A stretch of 64,000 nucleotides of DNA from Stegostoma tigrinum. Its lineage: Eukaryota. Below, piece by piece: positions 1 through 10,542 of this stretch. A program made the position numbers and the translations under genes. The stretch's first letter is position 1, and every line of letters begins with the position of its first letter. The notes under the pieces were generated by a model. It was not told the origin of the DNA. It was given only the letters and a program-made list of their open reading frames with translations, and made no database searches. The stretch lies in assembly GCF_030684315.1 (NCBI RefSeq), contig NC_081389.1, positions 18,915,203 to 18,979,202 of the forward strand. Reading direction: 5' to 3'.

Positions 1-331
1 GACTCGGAGGAGAACTTGCAGTTGGGGTGGTATTCCCATGTTCCTGCTCCCTTTGTCATTCTAAACTGTACCATCTTTCTAAGGTGCTATCTAAGAAGCC
101 TTAGGGAATTTAATTGCATTTTGTAACACACACTGACACTGCGCATCAGTAGAGCACGGAGTGGATATTTGCGATGTAGTACATTTATGGGTAAGATAGA
201 TTAAAAAGTAAGAGGAAGAGGAGCAGGTCTATGCTGACTGGGTTAGGTTGAGAAGGGTTGGTGATGACTTGCATGCAGTATGAACATCAGTACAAGAACC
301 AAACATTCCATTTCTGTCCTATACAAGACTT

Positions 332-834
332 TTTCCCCTCTTCCAGAACATGATAGCTCTGGCTGAATGTTAAAAAACATCACATGCCTATGCATCATGC
401 GTCTCAGGTGCAAAAGCCATGTGAGCTGAAGTCTGACGTAAAATGAACTGCACAGAAAGAGAAGAATTGCATTTAAATAGCGCCTGTCAATCCCATTGAA
501 TGTCCCAAAGGGCTTCGCAGCCAATTAATATCTATATCGGTATTTCTATCCACAGATGTCTTCACAACATACAAAGGGGATCATGCAGCCCATCATTTGA
601 ATGCAAGCACTTTGAAAGAAATTATTCAGCCTTCTGCTCTGCACTGCAGAAATCCACTTAAAGTCTCTTTTTCACTACTAAATTAATTATTCCTTTCAAC
701 AAATCAGCTTTCTCAAACATTACAACATAAGCTGGTAAATATGTTTCCCCTCTTCAAGATGATAGCTCTGACTGAATGTTAAAAAAAATCACATGCCTAA
801 GTGCATCATGCGTCTCAGGGCAAAAGTCAAGTGA
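332..834. repeat. Two diverged ~90-bp direct copies (332-424 and 744-834)
   Basis: Both read tttcccctctt..atgatagctctg(g/a)ctgaatgttaaaaaa.atcacatgccta..gcatcatgcgtctcagg.gcaaaag..a.gtga. Confidence 0.85.
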
Positions 835-1545
835 CAACCATCAGTAGTGACGATTGCTTATTTTGCTTTTAAAACCAAAGCCTTAATTTGTCATCTTCTG
901 CTCCTAAGTCTAACACACACAGTAAATAATGCAAACATAGGCTTAACCCTTTCTCCATCCAGTTCTCGATCCAAGTAAAAGATGTAGGGTGGGGAAACAA
1001 GGAGGAAAAATCAGAAGAGTCCAAAACAGAACTAGCTTGTAATAAATGACCTCAGGAGCAGGTTACAAAGGGATACGTTCAAGGGCAAAGCCATTTAATG
1101 AGGAATAAAATGCCAATTTTACTTCACTCTAAAAAGCAACAATTCTTTCTGGATTATAATTTAGACATTTTAAATTTTATAACACTGAACATCATATCAA
1201 AAACCAATTAAAAAAACAATGTTTATAAATTGTCATAACTTTACAACAAAATTACAAAAACTGGATTGGTGTTTAATTATTGAATACAGTTTTGTTTACA
1301 ATAAATCTATGTACTATTAAATAAGGGCTATTCTCCTTATGACCAGTATCCCTCTCAGCAAGGCAGTCCAATACTGGGACTTTTGCTCTGTGGTTAGCAC
1401 CAATCACCACTCTCACCCATCCCTCCCCTCAAACCGGACTCTACCCCTGTAATCTCCCCTTACCATGTTCCCTCCCTACCCCCAAACCCCTGGAAACGTG
1501 ACTTCCAAACTCGGCATTAAATTTGTGGCTAAAACCCAAACGTCT

Positions 1546-1592
1546 TGGTCAGTGTGGGGATTGAACCCATGACCTTGGCGTTATTAACACCA
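1546..1592 (-). pseudogene. tRNA-Ile(AAT) 3' half (anticodon arm, T arm, acceptor 3' strand), decayed
   Basis: Minus strand TGGTG-TT-AAT-AA-CGCCA AGGTC ATGGG TTCAATC CCCAC ACTGACC A aligns to vertebrate tRNA-Ile(AAT) from position 27; several differences are CpG transitions; 5' half absent. Confidence 0.85.
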
Positions 1593-1686
1593 TTTCTGAA
1601 GGGTCCTGACCCGAAACATCAGCTTTCTTGCTCCTCTGATGCTGCCTGGCCTGCTGTGTTCCTCCAGCTCTACACTGCGTTATCGC
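1593..1686 (+). mobile_element. PLE pLTR fragment (second subfamily) with degenerate hammerhead core
   Basis: ctgaagggtcctgacccgaaacatcagc...gatgctgcctggcctgctgtgttcctccagc...gttatc, homologous to the 3' ends of the PLE copies in this window. Confidence 0.8.
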
Positions 1687-1740
1687 AAGACCCTTCTCCT
1701 TCCCCACCCCAGCCTCTCTTCTCCTTTCCCGTTCCCCTAC

Positions 1741-1867
1741 CCTGAAGCCCCTGGACCGTGATGTTACCGAGTCTTAAGTCTTTCACAGCATGGGTCGAGC
1801 TGTGCTCCGTGCTGTGGCGCCTGACTCCATGGGCCGCCTCCTCGCTGGGGACCGGCTGGTAACTCAT
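1741..1867 (-). CDS. Probable first coding exon of an unidentified gene running out of the left end of the window (MSYQPVPSEEAAHGVRRHSTEHSSTHAVKDLRLGNITVQGLQ)
   Basis: Lies in a CpG-rich island; AGGATGA start context; donor CAGG|GTAGGG at 1741/1740. Frame and donor are uncertain (alternative donor CG|GTAACA near 1766). Confidence 0.4.
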
Positions 1868-2200
1868 CCTCCAGAGCTCCCTCACTCGGTCCCCGGTCTT
1901 CCCCTCGACTCCTCTCTCTCGGTGCTCGGCCCCCGGTTCTCCACCACACCCTCTCCCTCTCGACGCTCGACCTCCCCCGTTCCCTCGCTCCGTTCGGACC
2001 GCACATTGTGACCTGCCCCTGCCGCTGTCACCATAGTGTACCGTCGACAAGGTGCTCGGGCGGCCACGCATGGCCACTAACGGATCGCAATAGACTGCGA
2101 CACCGCCACCTGGAGGCTGGGAAGAACTCATCCCGTACAGAAGGCGGCTATTCCACCCATCGGACTGTACAAGCTCTTTGAAGGGACGGTCCAAGTAGTC
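1750..2200. promoter_or_regulatory. CpG island/promoter with CTCF-like motif at 2103-2116
   Basis: High CpG/GC relative to flanks; CCGCCACCTGGAGG (reverse complement CCTCCAGGTGGCGG) matches the CTCF core consensus. Confidence 0.65.
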
Positions 2201-3587
2201 CTTGATTTATTTTCAACTAATTTTGAAGCGTAGGACCAATCCCTTTAATGATAATAGCTTAACAGTTTATACAAGTTAGCGATCACTTTTATAAACTGCC
2301 ATTCATCCTAAGGTCAGGATAACACGCTTAAGCAGCCATTTCTCCAGAAATATTCATATTCTGAGCTACCAAGCGACTATCGAGAATTCTACTATCAGCA
2401 CCTGTGTTTTCCAGAGTCCCGAAGGCACAAGAGGCTATTCAATACCCTTCAGTCTATTCAGTAATCCAGCAGTGCTATTCTCCCACTCTAATCAAACATC
2501 TTTCTAAATCATTGATCATCAGCAACACAATCATTACTAATGTTCATGTAATAAGTATTTCTTCCTTACAACCCCTTAATTTCTTTTGTCTAAAATCTTA
2601 AATCTTTTCTGTCATAGCCTTTGTGCAATAAGCAATTGGGCACAGGCTTTCCTTACCTAACCTTTCTAAACCTGTTAAAATCTTCAGCACCACACCATTC
2701 TTGTTCTACTCGTTCTCAGCATGACATGTTTGGGGCGTGCTCACATATGCTCCCTGCCAAGTCTCGCTTTGATTGATGATAGATACTGCTGGCTGTGCTT
2801 TCCCTCACAGGCCATGAGGCTGGATGCAAGGACAGGACACGTTTCATTCAAATGTTGACACCTTTTCTTCTGAACATGCATATTATACTCATAATCTGCA
2901 TCCTTTCCAGATTATTTAGGACTAATTTAGGACTCCAGCTTTCAAGAGTAGAAGCAACATTTAATCAAGGCTGGAGAAATAAACCCACAAGACTGCAACA
3001 GCGAACTACAGGTAGCATTGTATAAGTCTTGCAATCTATGAGAATAATGGACCTGCTTACTAATACTGGCAGACTCCACATTCTAACCAGAATCTCAGTT
3101 TTGCTGCACTCCCTCCACTGACAACAAGCCAGTTTAGAAATATGCTAGTTTCAGTCACACAATAGTGAATAGCAAACAAATGTTCATACCACAGAGTGAA
3201 AGGACAGGTGACTTATGTTATGGAGCGGTGGTTTTGCCGAAGGTGTGGGGCAATCATTATATTCATTACACTAACCTTTTGTTCCCCTCTATCTCTCTGG
3301 AGCAAAACAGTCATTTTTTCCAGTCCTCACCTTTTTACACACCTAACTCTTAGCATATACTTCAATTTTCTAATATTCCTTTTGCTGCCTCACAAGACTC
3401 TTTTCCCAGAGTAGTTAGAATGTGCAACTTGCAAGAAACAGTTCATGCAAATTCCAGCGATGCATTTAATGATCGGCTAAGTAAACACATGAGGGAGGAA
3501 GTAATCATATGACCTGTTGAACTTATGTGGAAAGGTGTGAAGAGGCTTGTGCACAGCACAAACACTAGCACAGACTAGTTGACTCTG

Positions 3588-4147
3588 CAGTGCCACAATG
3601 ATGCCACCCGAAGGTTGCAGGAACAGCAACTCATATTCCGCTTGGGAACCCTGCAGCCTAATGGTATCAATGTGGACTTCACCAGCTTCAAAATCTCCCC
3701 TTCCCCCACCGCATCCCTAAACCAGCCCAGTTCGTCCCCTCCCCCCACTGCACCACACAACCAGCCCAGCTCTTCCCCTCCACCCACTGCATCCCAAAAC
3801 CAGTCCAACCTGTCTCTGCCTCCCTAACCTGTTCTTCTTCTCACCCATCCCTTCCTCCCACCCCAAGCCGCACCCCCATCTCCTACCTACTAACCTCATC
3901 CCACCTCCTTGACCTGTCCGTCTTCCCTGGACTGACCTATCCCCTCCCTACCTCCCCACCTATACTCTCTCCACCTATCTTCTTTTCTCTCCATCTTCAG
4001 TCCGCCTCCCCCTCTCTCCCTATTTATTCCAGAACCCTCACCCCATCCCCCTCTCTGATGAAGGGTCTAGGCCCGAAACGTCAGCTTTTGTGCTCCTGAG
4101 ATGCTGCTTGGCCTGCTGTGTTCATCCAGCCTCACATTTTATTATCT
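3588..4147 (+). mobile_element. 5'-truncated Neptune-type PLE 3' fragment, short 3' end, 12-bp TSD
   Basis: GIY-YIG C-terminus ([21 protein letters not shown]), pyrimidine-rich UTR, hammerhead core; TAGTTGACTCTG at 3576-3587 and 4148-4159. Confidence 0.92.
4055..4082 (+). ncRNA. Minimal hammerhead ribozyme core in PLE pLTR
   Basis: CUGAUGA-A-GGGU(CUAG)GCCC-GAAA-CG-UC: conserved core boxes, stem II, palindromic ACGU stem III. Confidence 0.75.
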
Positions 4148-4391
4148 TAGTTGACTCTGACTGCCTGCTTCATTCTTGTAAATACTATGCATAAGTAGTA
4201 CTAATTCTTTATTCCATAATAATTAAGCAGCTCCTGGGTCATCAAAACATTAACTTCCTTTGCCTCAGTAGCTGGACAATCCACCCTCATCCATGTGTTT
4301 CCACCAGGAAGTGAAAGATGAATGTACAAATTTCAACTCGTCTCGATATTTGCTTTTTTGATGTCAACCAAATGACAGTTCAAATTTACCA

Positions 4392-4680
4392 TCTCTCAGT
4401 GCCAGGGACCCAGGTTCAATTTCATTCGGGTGACTAACTGCATGGAGTTTGCACATTCTCCTTGTGTCTGCGTGATTTCCTCAAGGTGTTTGAGTGTCAT
4501 CCATAATGCTAAGATGTGCAGGTTAGGTGGATTGGCCATGGGGAAATGTAGGGTTACAGGGATGATGGGGGGGGGGGGGGGGGGTGGTTGCTGGGTAAGT
4601 CTGGGTGTGATGCTCTTTGGAGAGTCAGTGTGGACCCAATAGCCAGCTTCCTAGCTTCCTACACTGTAGGAATTCTAAGA
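4392..4680 (+). mobile_element. V-SINE (HE1-like) tRNA-derived SINE, decayed
   Basis: gggacccaggttcaat B-box region; V-domain ggagtttgcacattctcc...gatgtgcaggttaggtggattggccatg; CR1-like tail. Confidence 0.75.
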
Positions 4681-5446
4681 ATTCTTTTTATTTGCCACTA
4701 CCTTGAGGAATGAACTCCAATCACTGGTCAATAATTAGCTTCAAATAATCAATACAAGGATCCTGCGGCTTACAGCCTTTAACAGTGAGGCTGCTTCCAG
4801 ATCACTACCACGCACCACAGCATCTAGTTTATGGGCTCAGGACTGCAGCAAGATTCTACTCCTACTGTACAAAAGTACAGAAGCCCTTTCCTAACTTGTA
4901 ACTACACTCGCACTTATGTTTACAGAATCTTTAGCAATCATATACATCTTATAATGACCAGTTAAATGACCTGACTCGGACCCATTCAAGACTTTACAGT
5001 AAATTAAGTCCGATACAGAGGAGAAACTAAGCACTAAATAATATCTCAATGTGTTTAGTGGAAGAAGAATTTCAAAATCATTTCTTGAATCAGCCAAATG
5101 TTTCTTATGTTGTGCACCATGTTCCTTGACTGCTCAATTTAAGGTAAGGTTTTAATGAATTCAGTTTCATAAAATTATAAAGAAAAAACCCAACTGTATA
5201 TCTTCATTAAAATACTTCCCTCTTCCTCTCCTCCTCATTTTAACACAATTCCCAGACCACACAAAGGACCCTCAATTCATAGCAGCATATGTTTTAAGAT
5301 ATGCGGTAAATTTTTAGTGTGCAATTAAAATGAGCAAACAGAGTGCAAGGCAACATGCCTTCAAAGCCATCTGTTCAGATCTGTCTGCAGCATTTTCTCC
5401 TAGCCAGAATGTTAACAATACTATTGTAACAATACCCCCATTGTCA

Positions 5447-5702
5447 AAAATCACACAACACCAGGTTATAGTCCAACAGGTTTATTTGAAAACACAAACG
5501 TTCCGAGCCACACTCCTCCTTCGAGAGATAGTATCTTTAACTTAAAAATTATGTCTGATACTATCTCTCTCACTAACACCTGAAAAAGGAGTGAAGCTCC
5601 GAAAGCTTGTGGCTTCAAATGAACCTGTTGGACTATAACCTGGAGTTGTATGATTTCTGACCTTGTCCATCCCAGTCCAACTCCAGCACCTCCACATCAT
5701 GT
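5447..5702. mobile_element. Fold-back insertion of a different pLTR family (hammerhead-like CTGAAAAAGGAG..CTCCGAAAGCTT)
   Basis: 5447-5535 is the reverse complement of ~5557-5660; flanked by ccc(c/t)cattgtca at 5435-5446 and 5703-5714. Confidence 0.75.
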
Positions 5703-6617
5703 CCCTCATTGTCAGCAGGGGCTTAGAGCATGCATACTGTAAGCAAGTGACATTCAGCCTCAGTCTTCTTTCCAGCAACTTGCTGGCACAGAGAGCAAGT
5801 CCCGGACGGAGACAAGCAAGGGGAAGCAGTCCTACAGAAAATTCACCCTGGAGCAGCTGACAGTTGATGTAGAACAGGATGGTTGTTAGACTGGGACCTG
5901 GCGCAGGGGGTCAGAGGTGTGTAAGCTCCTGCACACAGCTACGGCAATGCAATATTTATTTGACTTTTTTTTAATCTGACTGTAAAGTCAATCCTTTAAA
6001 TATGTCTTATTTCTAACTTATTCTTTAAACATTGTAAAGTAGTGCGACTACTTTCCTTTTTTATTCTTTTGCATCTAAAGATTTCTATCCAAGTACTTGT
6101 TCCACAGATTGTGCCATAAGAGACAACATTGTAAAATGTTTCACCCTACTCCTGTACTTGAGTACAGGTAACAATAAAAGATATTCTATTCTTTAAAAAA
6201 GATCCACAGATAGTCACTTGACACAATAAGGAATGGGCAGAAGCAGTTAAATTGCCATTCTGTCGAGGTAAGAATAATTCTTATCCCTAGCGCTCATTTG
6301 ACAGTAGGGCAAGGTCATCACCTGCCCAAGATAAGTTTTGAAACTCCACAAGTGATTCTAATACCTTGAGAACACAGTATTTCAGGTTCGATGCAGTTAT
6401 ACTACTTCCCATACCAGTAGTCAATCCCTAAGCTGTAGTGGTGCAGAGCTGCAAATATTGTGCTCCAAAGTGTAACAGACTGCTAACTCAAACAAGAAAC
6501 CAGCCAGAAGTATCATTCCTGTGGGGATTGTCAGAAATAAGCATGGCTATAAGACAAGGAACCCACTGTAGTGTGGAAACAGGTCATTCAATCCAACAGC
6601 CAAATGAAGACCCATCC

Positions 6618-6862
6618 TTTACCCTATCCCTGCATTTCCCATAGTTAACCCACCTAGCCTGCACATCCCTGAACACGATGGATAATTTTGTGCAGCCAAT
6701 CCACTGGCACATCTTTGGACTGTACGAGGAAACCGGAGCATGCGGAGGAAATCGCACAGACAGAGGAAGATACAAACTCCACACAGACAGGCGTCCCAAG
6801 GTGGAATTGAACTCTGGTCCCTGGTGCTGACAGGCAGCAGTGCTAGGTTAGCACTGCTGCCA
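6618..6862 (-). mobile_element. V-SINE (HE1-like)
   Basis: Reverse complement of the tRNA-like head and V-domain seen at 9262-9590. Confidence 0.8.
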
Positions 6863-7217
6863 CATAAGTTGGACAAAAAAAAATGTATCTGTTAAGATTC
6901 TAGCAGCAGTTAAAACATGTAAATCCAAGGTATCTCTAAGTATTTGAACAAGTTTTTCATACCATTGTCACAATAAACATATGGTATGGTTTTAAATATG
7001 ATCAAAAACAAAAACAAAGCACCACAGTTACAATGTAGAAATATTTATAACATCAATCAGGCATCTTTTTCACACAGCTAGGATGGGTTTGATTGTCTCT
7101 ATATACTGTATGTTTCTGCGATATGTAACATAACTGTGATCGGGGATCCAAACAACAAGATGAAGTCTTAAAAAACATAATTTATCTAATATTTTTTAAA
7201 AAACTGGGACATGATGA

Positions 7218-7770
7218 TCTGTTAATCCAGAGACCAAAGTAATGTTCTGGAAAACCCAGGTTCAATAAACATCTGGAATTAAGAGTCTAATGGTGACCAT
7301 GAATCCATTGTGGCTTGTCAAGTAAAACCCATTTGGTTCACTAATGTCCTTTAGAGAAGGAATCTGCCTTACTCAGTCTGGCCTACATGATGCCAGACCC
7401 ACATGATTGACTCTTAACTGCAGTCTGGGCAATAAATGCCGGCCTAGTCAACGACACTGTCATCCTGTGATAACAAAAAAAATCCAGTTTGAATTTAAGG
7501 ATACAGCTGTGCAAGCAAAGGGATATTCACTAAACATTAGCACATTAAAACTATTATTGTCCTAGAACTGGCCCAATAATATTGTCACTAGACCAACAAT
7601 CCAGAGGACAGTGATGTTCTGGGGACCCGGTTCAAATCCCACGACAGCAGATGATGGAATTTCAATGAAAATCTGGAATACTTTAATGATGATTATCTAT
7701 TATAAAAACTCGGCTATTCCACTAATGCCCCTTAGGGAAGCAAATTCTTATCCTGGTTTGACGTACATCT
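7218..7770 (+). mobile_element. Two decayed copies of a second SINE-like family (related copies at ~41260-41483, 47760-48050, 54390-54690)
   Basis: Recurring gttctgggg..ggttcaaatccc..atctggaat..ggttcactaatg..ctttagggaagg and gggcaataaatg.tggcct tail. Confidence 0.6.
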
Positions 7771-7948
7771 CCAAACAATGTACAATTAGCAAAAATGTAA
7801 GAAAACAGGCTTAACTTGTCCCCAATAAACTAAATTTTTGAGTTTTAATTTCTTCCTTGAGTCCAAGAAATAGTTTAGCTTCCTCCCGCTATGTTAGGCT
7901 TCATTGTATTTTTTTTTCACATGTTGGACATGTGACATTGCATCCATT

Positions 7949-9060
7949 GCCACAACCGCCCAAAGAGGATCCCCCTCGTTCTCACACACCACCCCACCAA
8001 CCTCCGGACACAACGCATCATCCTCCGACACTTCCGCCATCTACAATCCGACCCCACCACCCAAGACATTTTTCCATCCTCACCCTTGTCTGCTTTCCGG
8101 CTGGTCTCTCCGTGACTCCCTTGTTCGCTCCACACTGCCCTCCAACCCCACCACACCCGGCACCTTCCCCTGCAACCGCAGGAAATGCTACACTTGCCCC
8201 CACACCTCCTCCCTCACCCCTATCCCAGGTCCCAAGATGACATTCCACATTAAGCAGAGGTTCACCTACACATCTGCCAATGTGGTATACTGCATCCACT
8301 GTACCCGGTGTGGCTCCCTCTACATTGGGGAAACCAAGCGGAGGCTCGGGGACCGTTTTGCAGAACACCTCCGCTCAGTTCGCAACAAACAACTGCACCT
8401 CCCAGTCGCCAACCATTTCCACTCCCCCTCCCATTCTTTAGATGACATGTCCATCCTGGGCCTCCTGCACTGCCACAATGATGCCACCCAAAGGTTGCAG
8501 GAACAGCAACTCATATTCCGCTTGGGGACCCTGCAGCCTAATGGTATCAATGTGGACTTCACCAGCTTCAAAATCTCCCCTTCCCCCACCGCATCCCTAA
8601 ACCAGCCCAGTTCGTCCCCTCCCCCCACTGCACCACACAACCAGCCCAGCTCTTCCCCTCCACCCACTGCATCCCAAAACCAGTCCAACCTGTCTCTGCC
8701 TCCCTAACCTGTTCTTCCTCTCACCCATCCCTTCCTCCCATCCCAAGCCACACCCCCATCTACCTACTAACCTCATCCCACCTCCTTGACCTGTCCGTCT
8801 TCCCTGGACTGACCTATCCCCTCCCTACCTCCCCACCTAAACTCTCTCCACCTATCTTCTTTTCTCTCCATCTTCAGTCCGCCTCCCCCTCTCTCCCTAT
8901 TTATTCCAGAACCCTCACCCCATCCCCCTCTCTGATGAAGGGTCTAGGCCCGAAACGTCAGCTTTTGTGCTCCTGAGATGCTGCTTGGCCTGCTGTGTTC
9001 ATCCAGCCTCATTTTATTATCTTGGATTGTCCAGCATCTGCAGTTCCCATTATCTCTGAT
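7949..9060 (+). mobile_element. 5'-truncated Neptune-type PLE, long 3' end
   Basis: Cys linker [22 protein letters not shown]...YIGET, hammerhead core 8932-8959, ends ...cccattatctctgat. Confidence 0.93.
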
Positions 9061-9261
9061 CCATCACTAGGTGACTGTTTTCAGTATGTTGTTATGAAGG
9101 GAACAATGCACATGGATGAGTAGATAGATGTAGCCATGTTAGAGTGCCATCTATTGATGTAGCAAAAACTGCGACAGGACTTGACAGTTTACAATTAGAA
9201 GTCCTGAAAGATAGTCTGCTGGAATAGTTGGTGCATTGGTCACCATTTCCCAATATTTCCA

Positions 9262-9590
9262 GCACGGTGGCTCAGTGGTTAGCACTGCTGCCTCTCAGCA
9301 CGAGGGACCCATGTTCGATTCCACCCTCAGGCAACTGTCTGTGTTTGCACATTCCCCCCGTGTCTATGTGGGTTCCCTCCTGTTGCTCTGGTTTCCTCCC
9401 ACAGTCCAAAGATGTGCAGGGTAGGTGGATTGGCCATGCGAAATTGCCCATAGTGAACAAGGATGTTTAGGTTAGGTGGGTTGGACATGGAAATTAGGGA
9501 AGGGATCTGGGTGGGCTGCTCTTCGGAGGGGCAGTGTGGACGTGTTGGGCCGAACGGCCTGTTTCCACGCTGTGAGGATTCTATGACCTA
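9262..9590 (+). mobile_element. Full-length V-SINE (HE1-like)
   Basis: A box tggctcagtgg, B box gttcgattcc, V-domain, CR1-type tail gggccgaacggcctgtttcc. Confidence 0.85.
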
Positions 9591-10329
9591 TGATTTCCCA
9601 GGATTCAAAAATCAATGATAATATGGACTGACTCTTAACTGCCTTCTAAAATGACCTAGCAAGCCACTCTGTTACATCCAAAGGCAACCAGTTTTTGAGC
9701 AAAAATGCTGGCCTAGGCAGTGACACACACTTCCCACAAGCAAATTGTTTTAGAAATTAAATCAATGGCGAAGATTTAATGTAGCTGTCACTTTTACACC
9801 ACAAAATGAGACGTTAAATGCCAGAAGGTAGACCATTGGTCTTTAAACGTGGTCAAGCAACAATTTTGGCTGCTGCTCAAAAACAAAAGGTGCTCTTTGA
9901 ACTGTTTAAGACGTGCTCTTTTCCCCATCTATCAGGAGCTGGGCACCAAGGTTCACCAACAAATGCTGTGGCACCTGACTACCAATGAATAAGGGTGCAC
10001 AGTGATACTGTCAGGCAGAAAACCATGAATCTGAGGAGTTGAAGTACGTAGAGCCAAGCGGTTCAAAATTAAACCAGACGCATTGTTACAGTAGAAAGCA
10101 ACCAAAGAAAAGATAGATTATCTCAACTCAAATAAAGCAACAGTGACATAAAAAAGCATCAGCAAATACAATGTAATTGAATGAAAATTTGAAGCATAAA
10201 TTTTGAGTTTCATCACAAATACGTAATAGATTAACCTTGTTCACATTGATCCAATCCAATATATCCACTTGTCTATTACTGTGTAGTGCATTTGTAATCC
10301 TAGGGATATAGAATCGATGTTGAGGTGGG

Positions 10330-10542
10330 TTACAGCATGCAGCACGCCCTGAAAAGCAGCATCCCATCCACTGAACGAATACACAAGCCAACTCCCTCGT
10401 TGGCTGCAATGAACAGCACAGATCCTCGCCGAATGTTGATTTCAGACAGGGCAGCAGTGCTTGTGGCTTCACCTCGAATGACCAACAGGATACTTGCAGA
10501 ATCAATGCAGGCCACCTTGTACCGTTTCACTGAACTTGGAAC
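10330..10542 (-). CDS. MPI: MPI exon 8 ([10 protein letters not shown]...FRACCML*)
   Basis: Acceptor ccag|GTT, stop TAA at 10330-10332. Confidence 0.95.
   Translation of the reverse strand, partial: VPSSVKRYKVACIDSASILLVIRGEATSTAALSEINIRRGSVLFIAANEGVGLCIRSVDGMLLFRACCML

Noticed and set aside
9013-9018. Antisense pLTR supplies the first AATAAA downstream of the MPI stop
   Set aside because: An ATTAAA variant at 9775-9780 (minus strand) is closer and sufficient; no transcript data to decide.
9262-9335. tRNA-like A/B boxes
   Set aside because: Head of a V-SINE; no complete cloverleaf.
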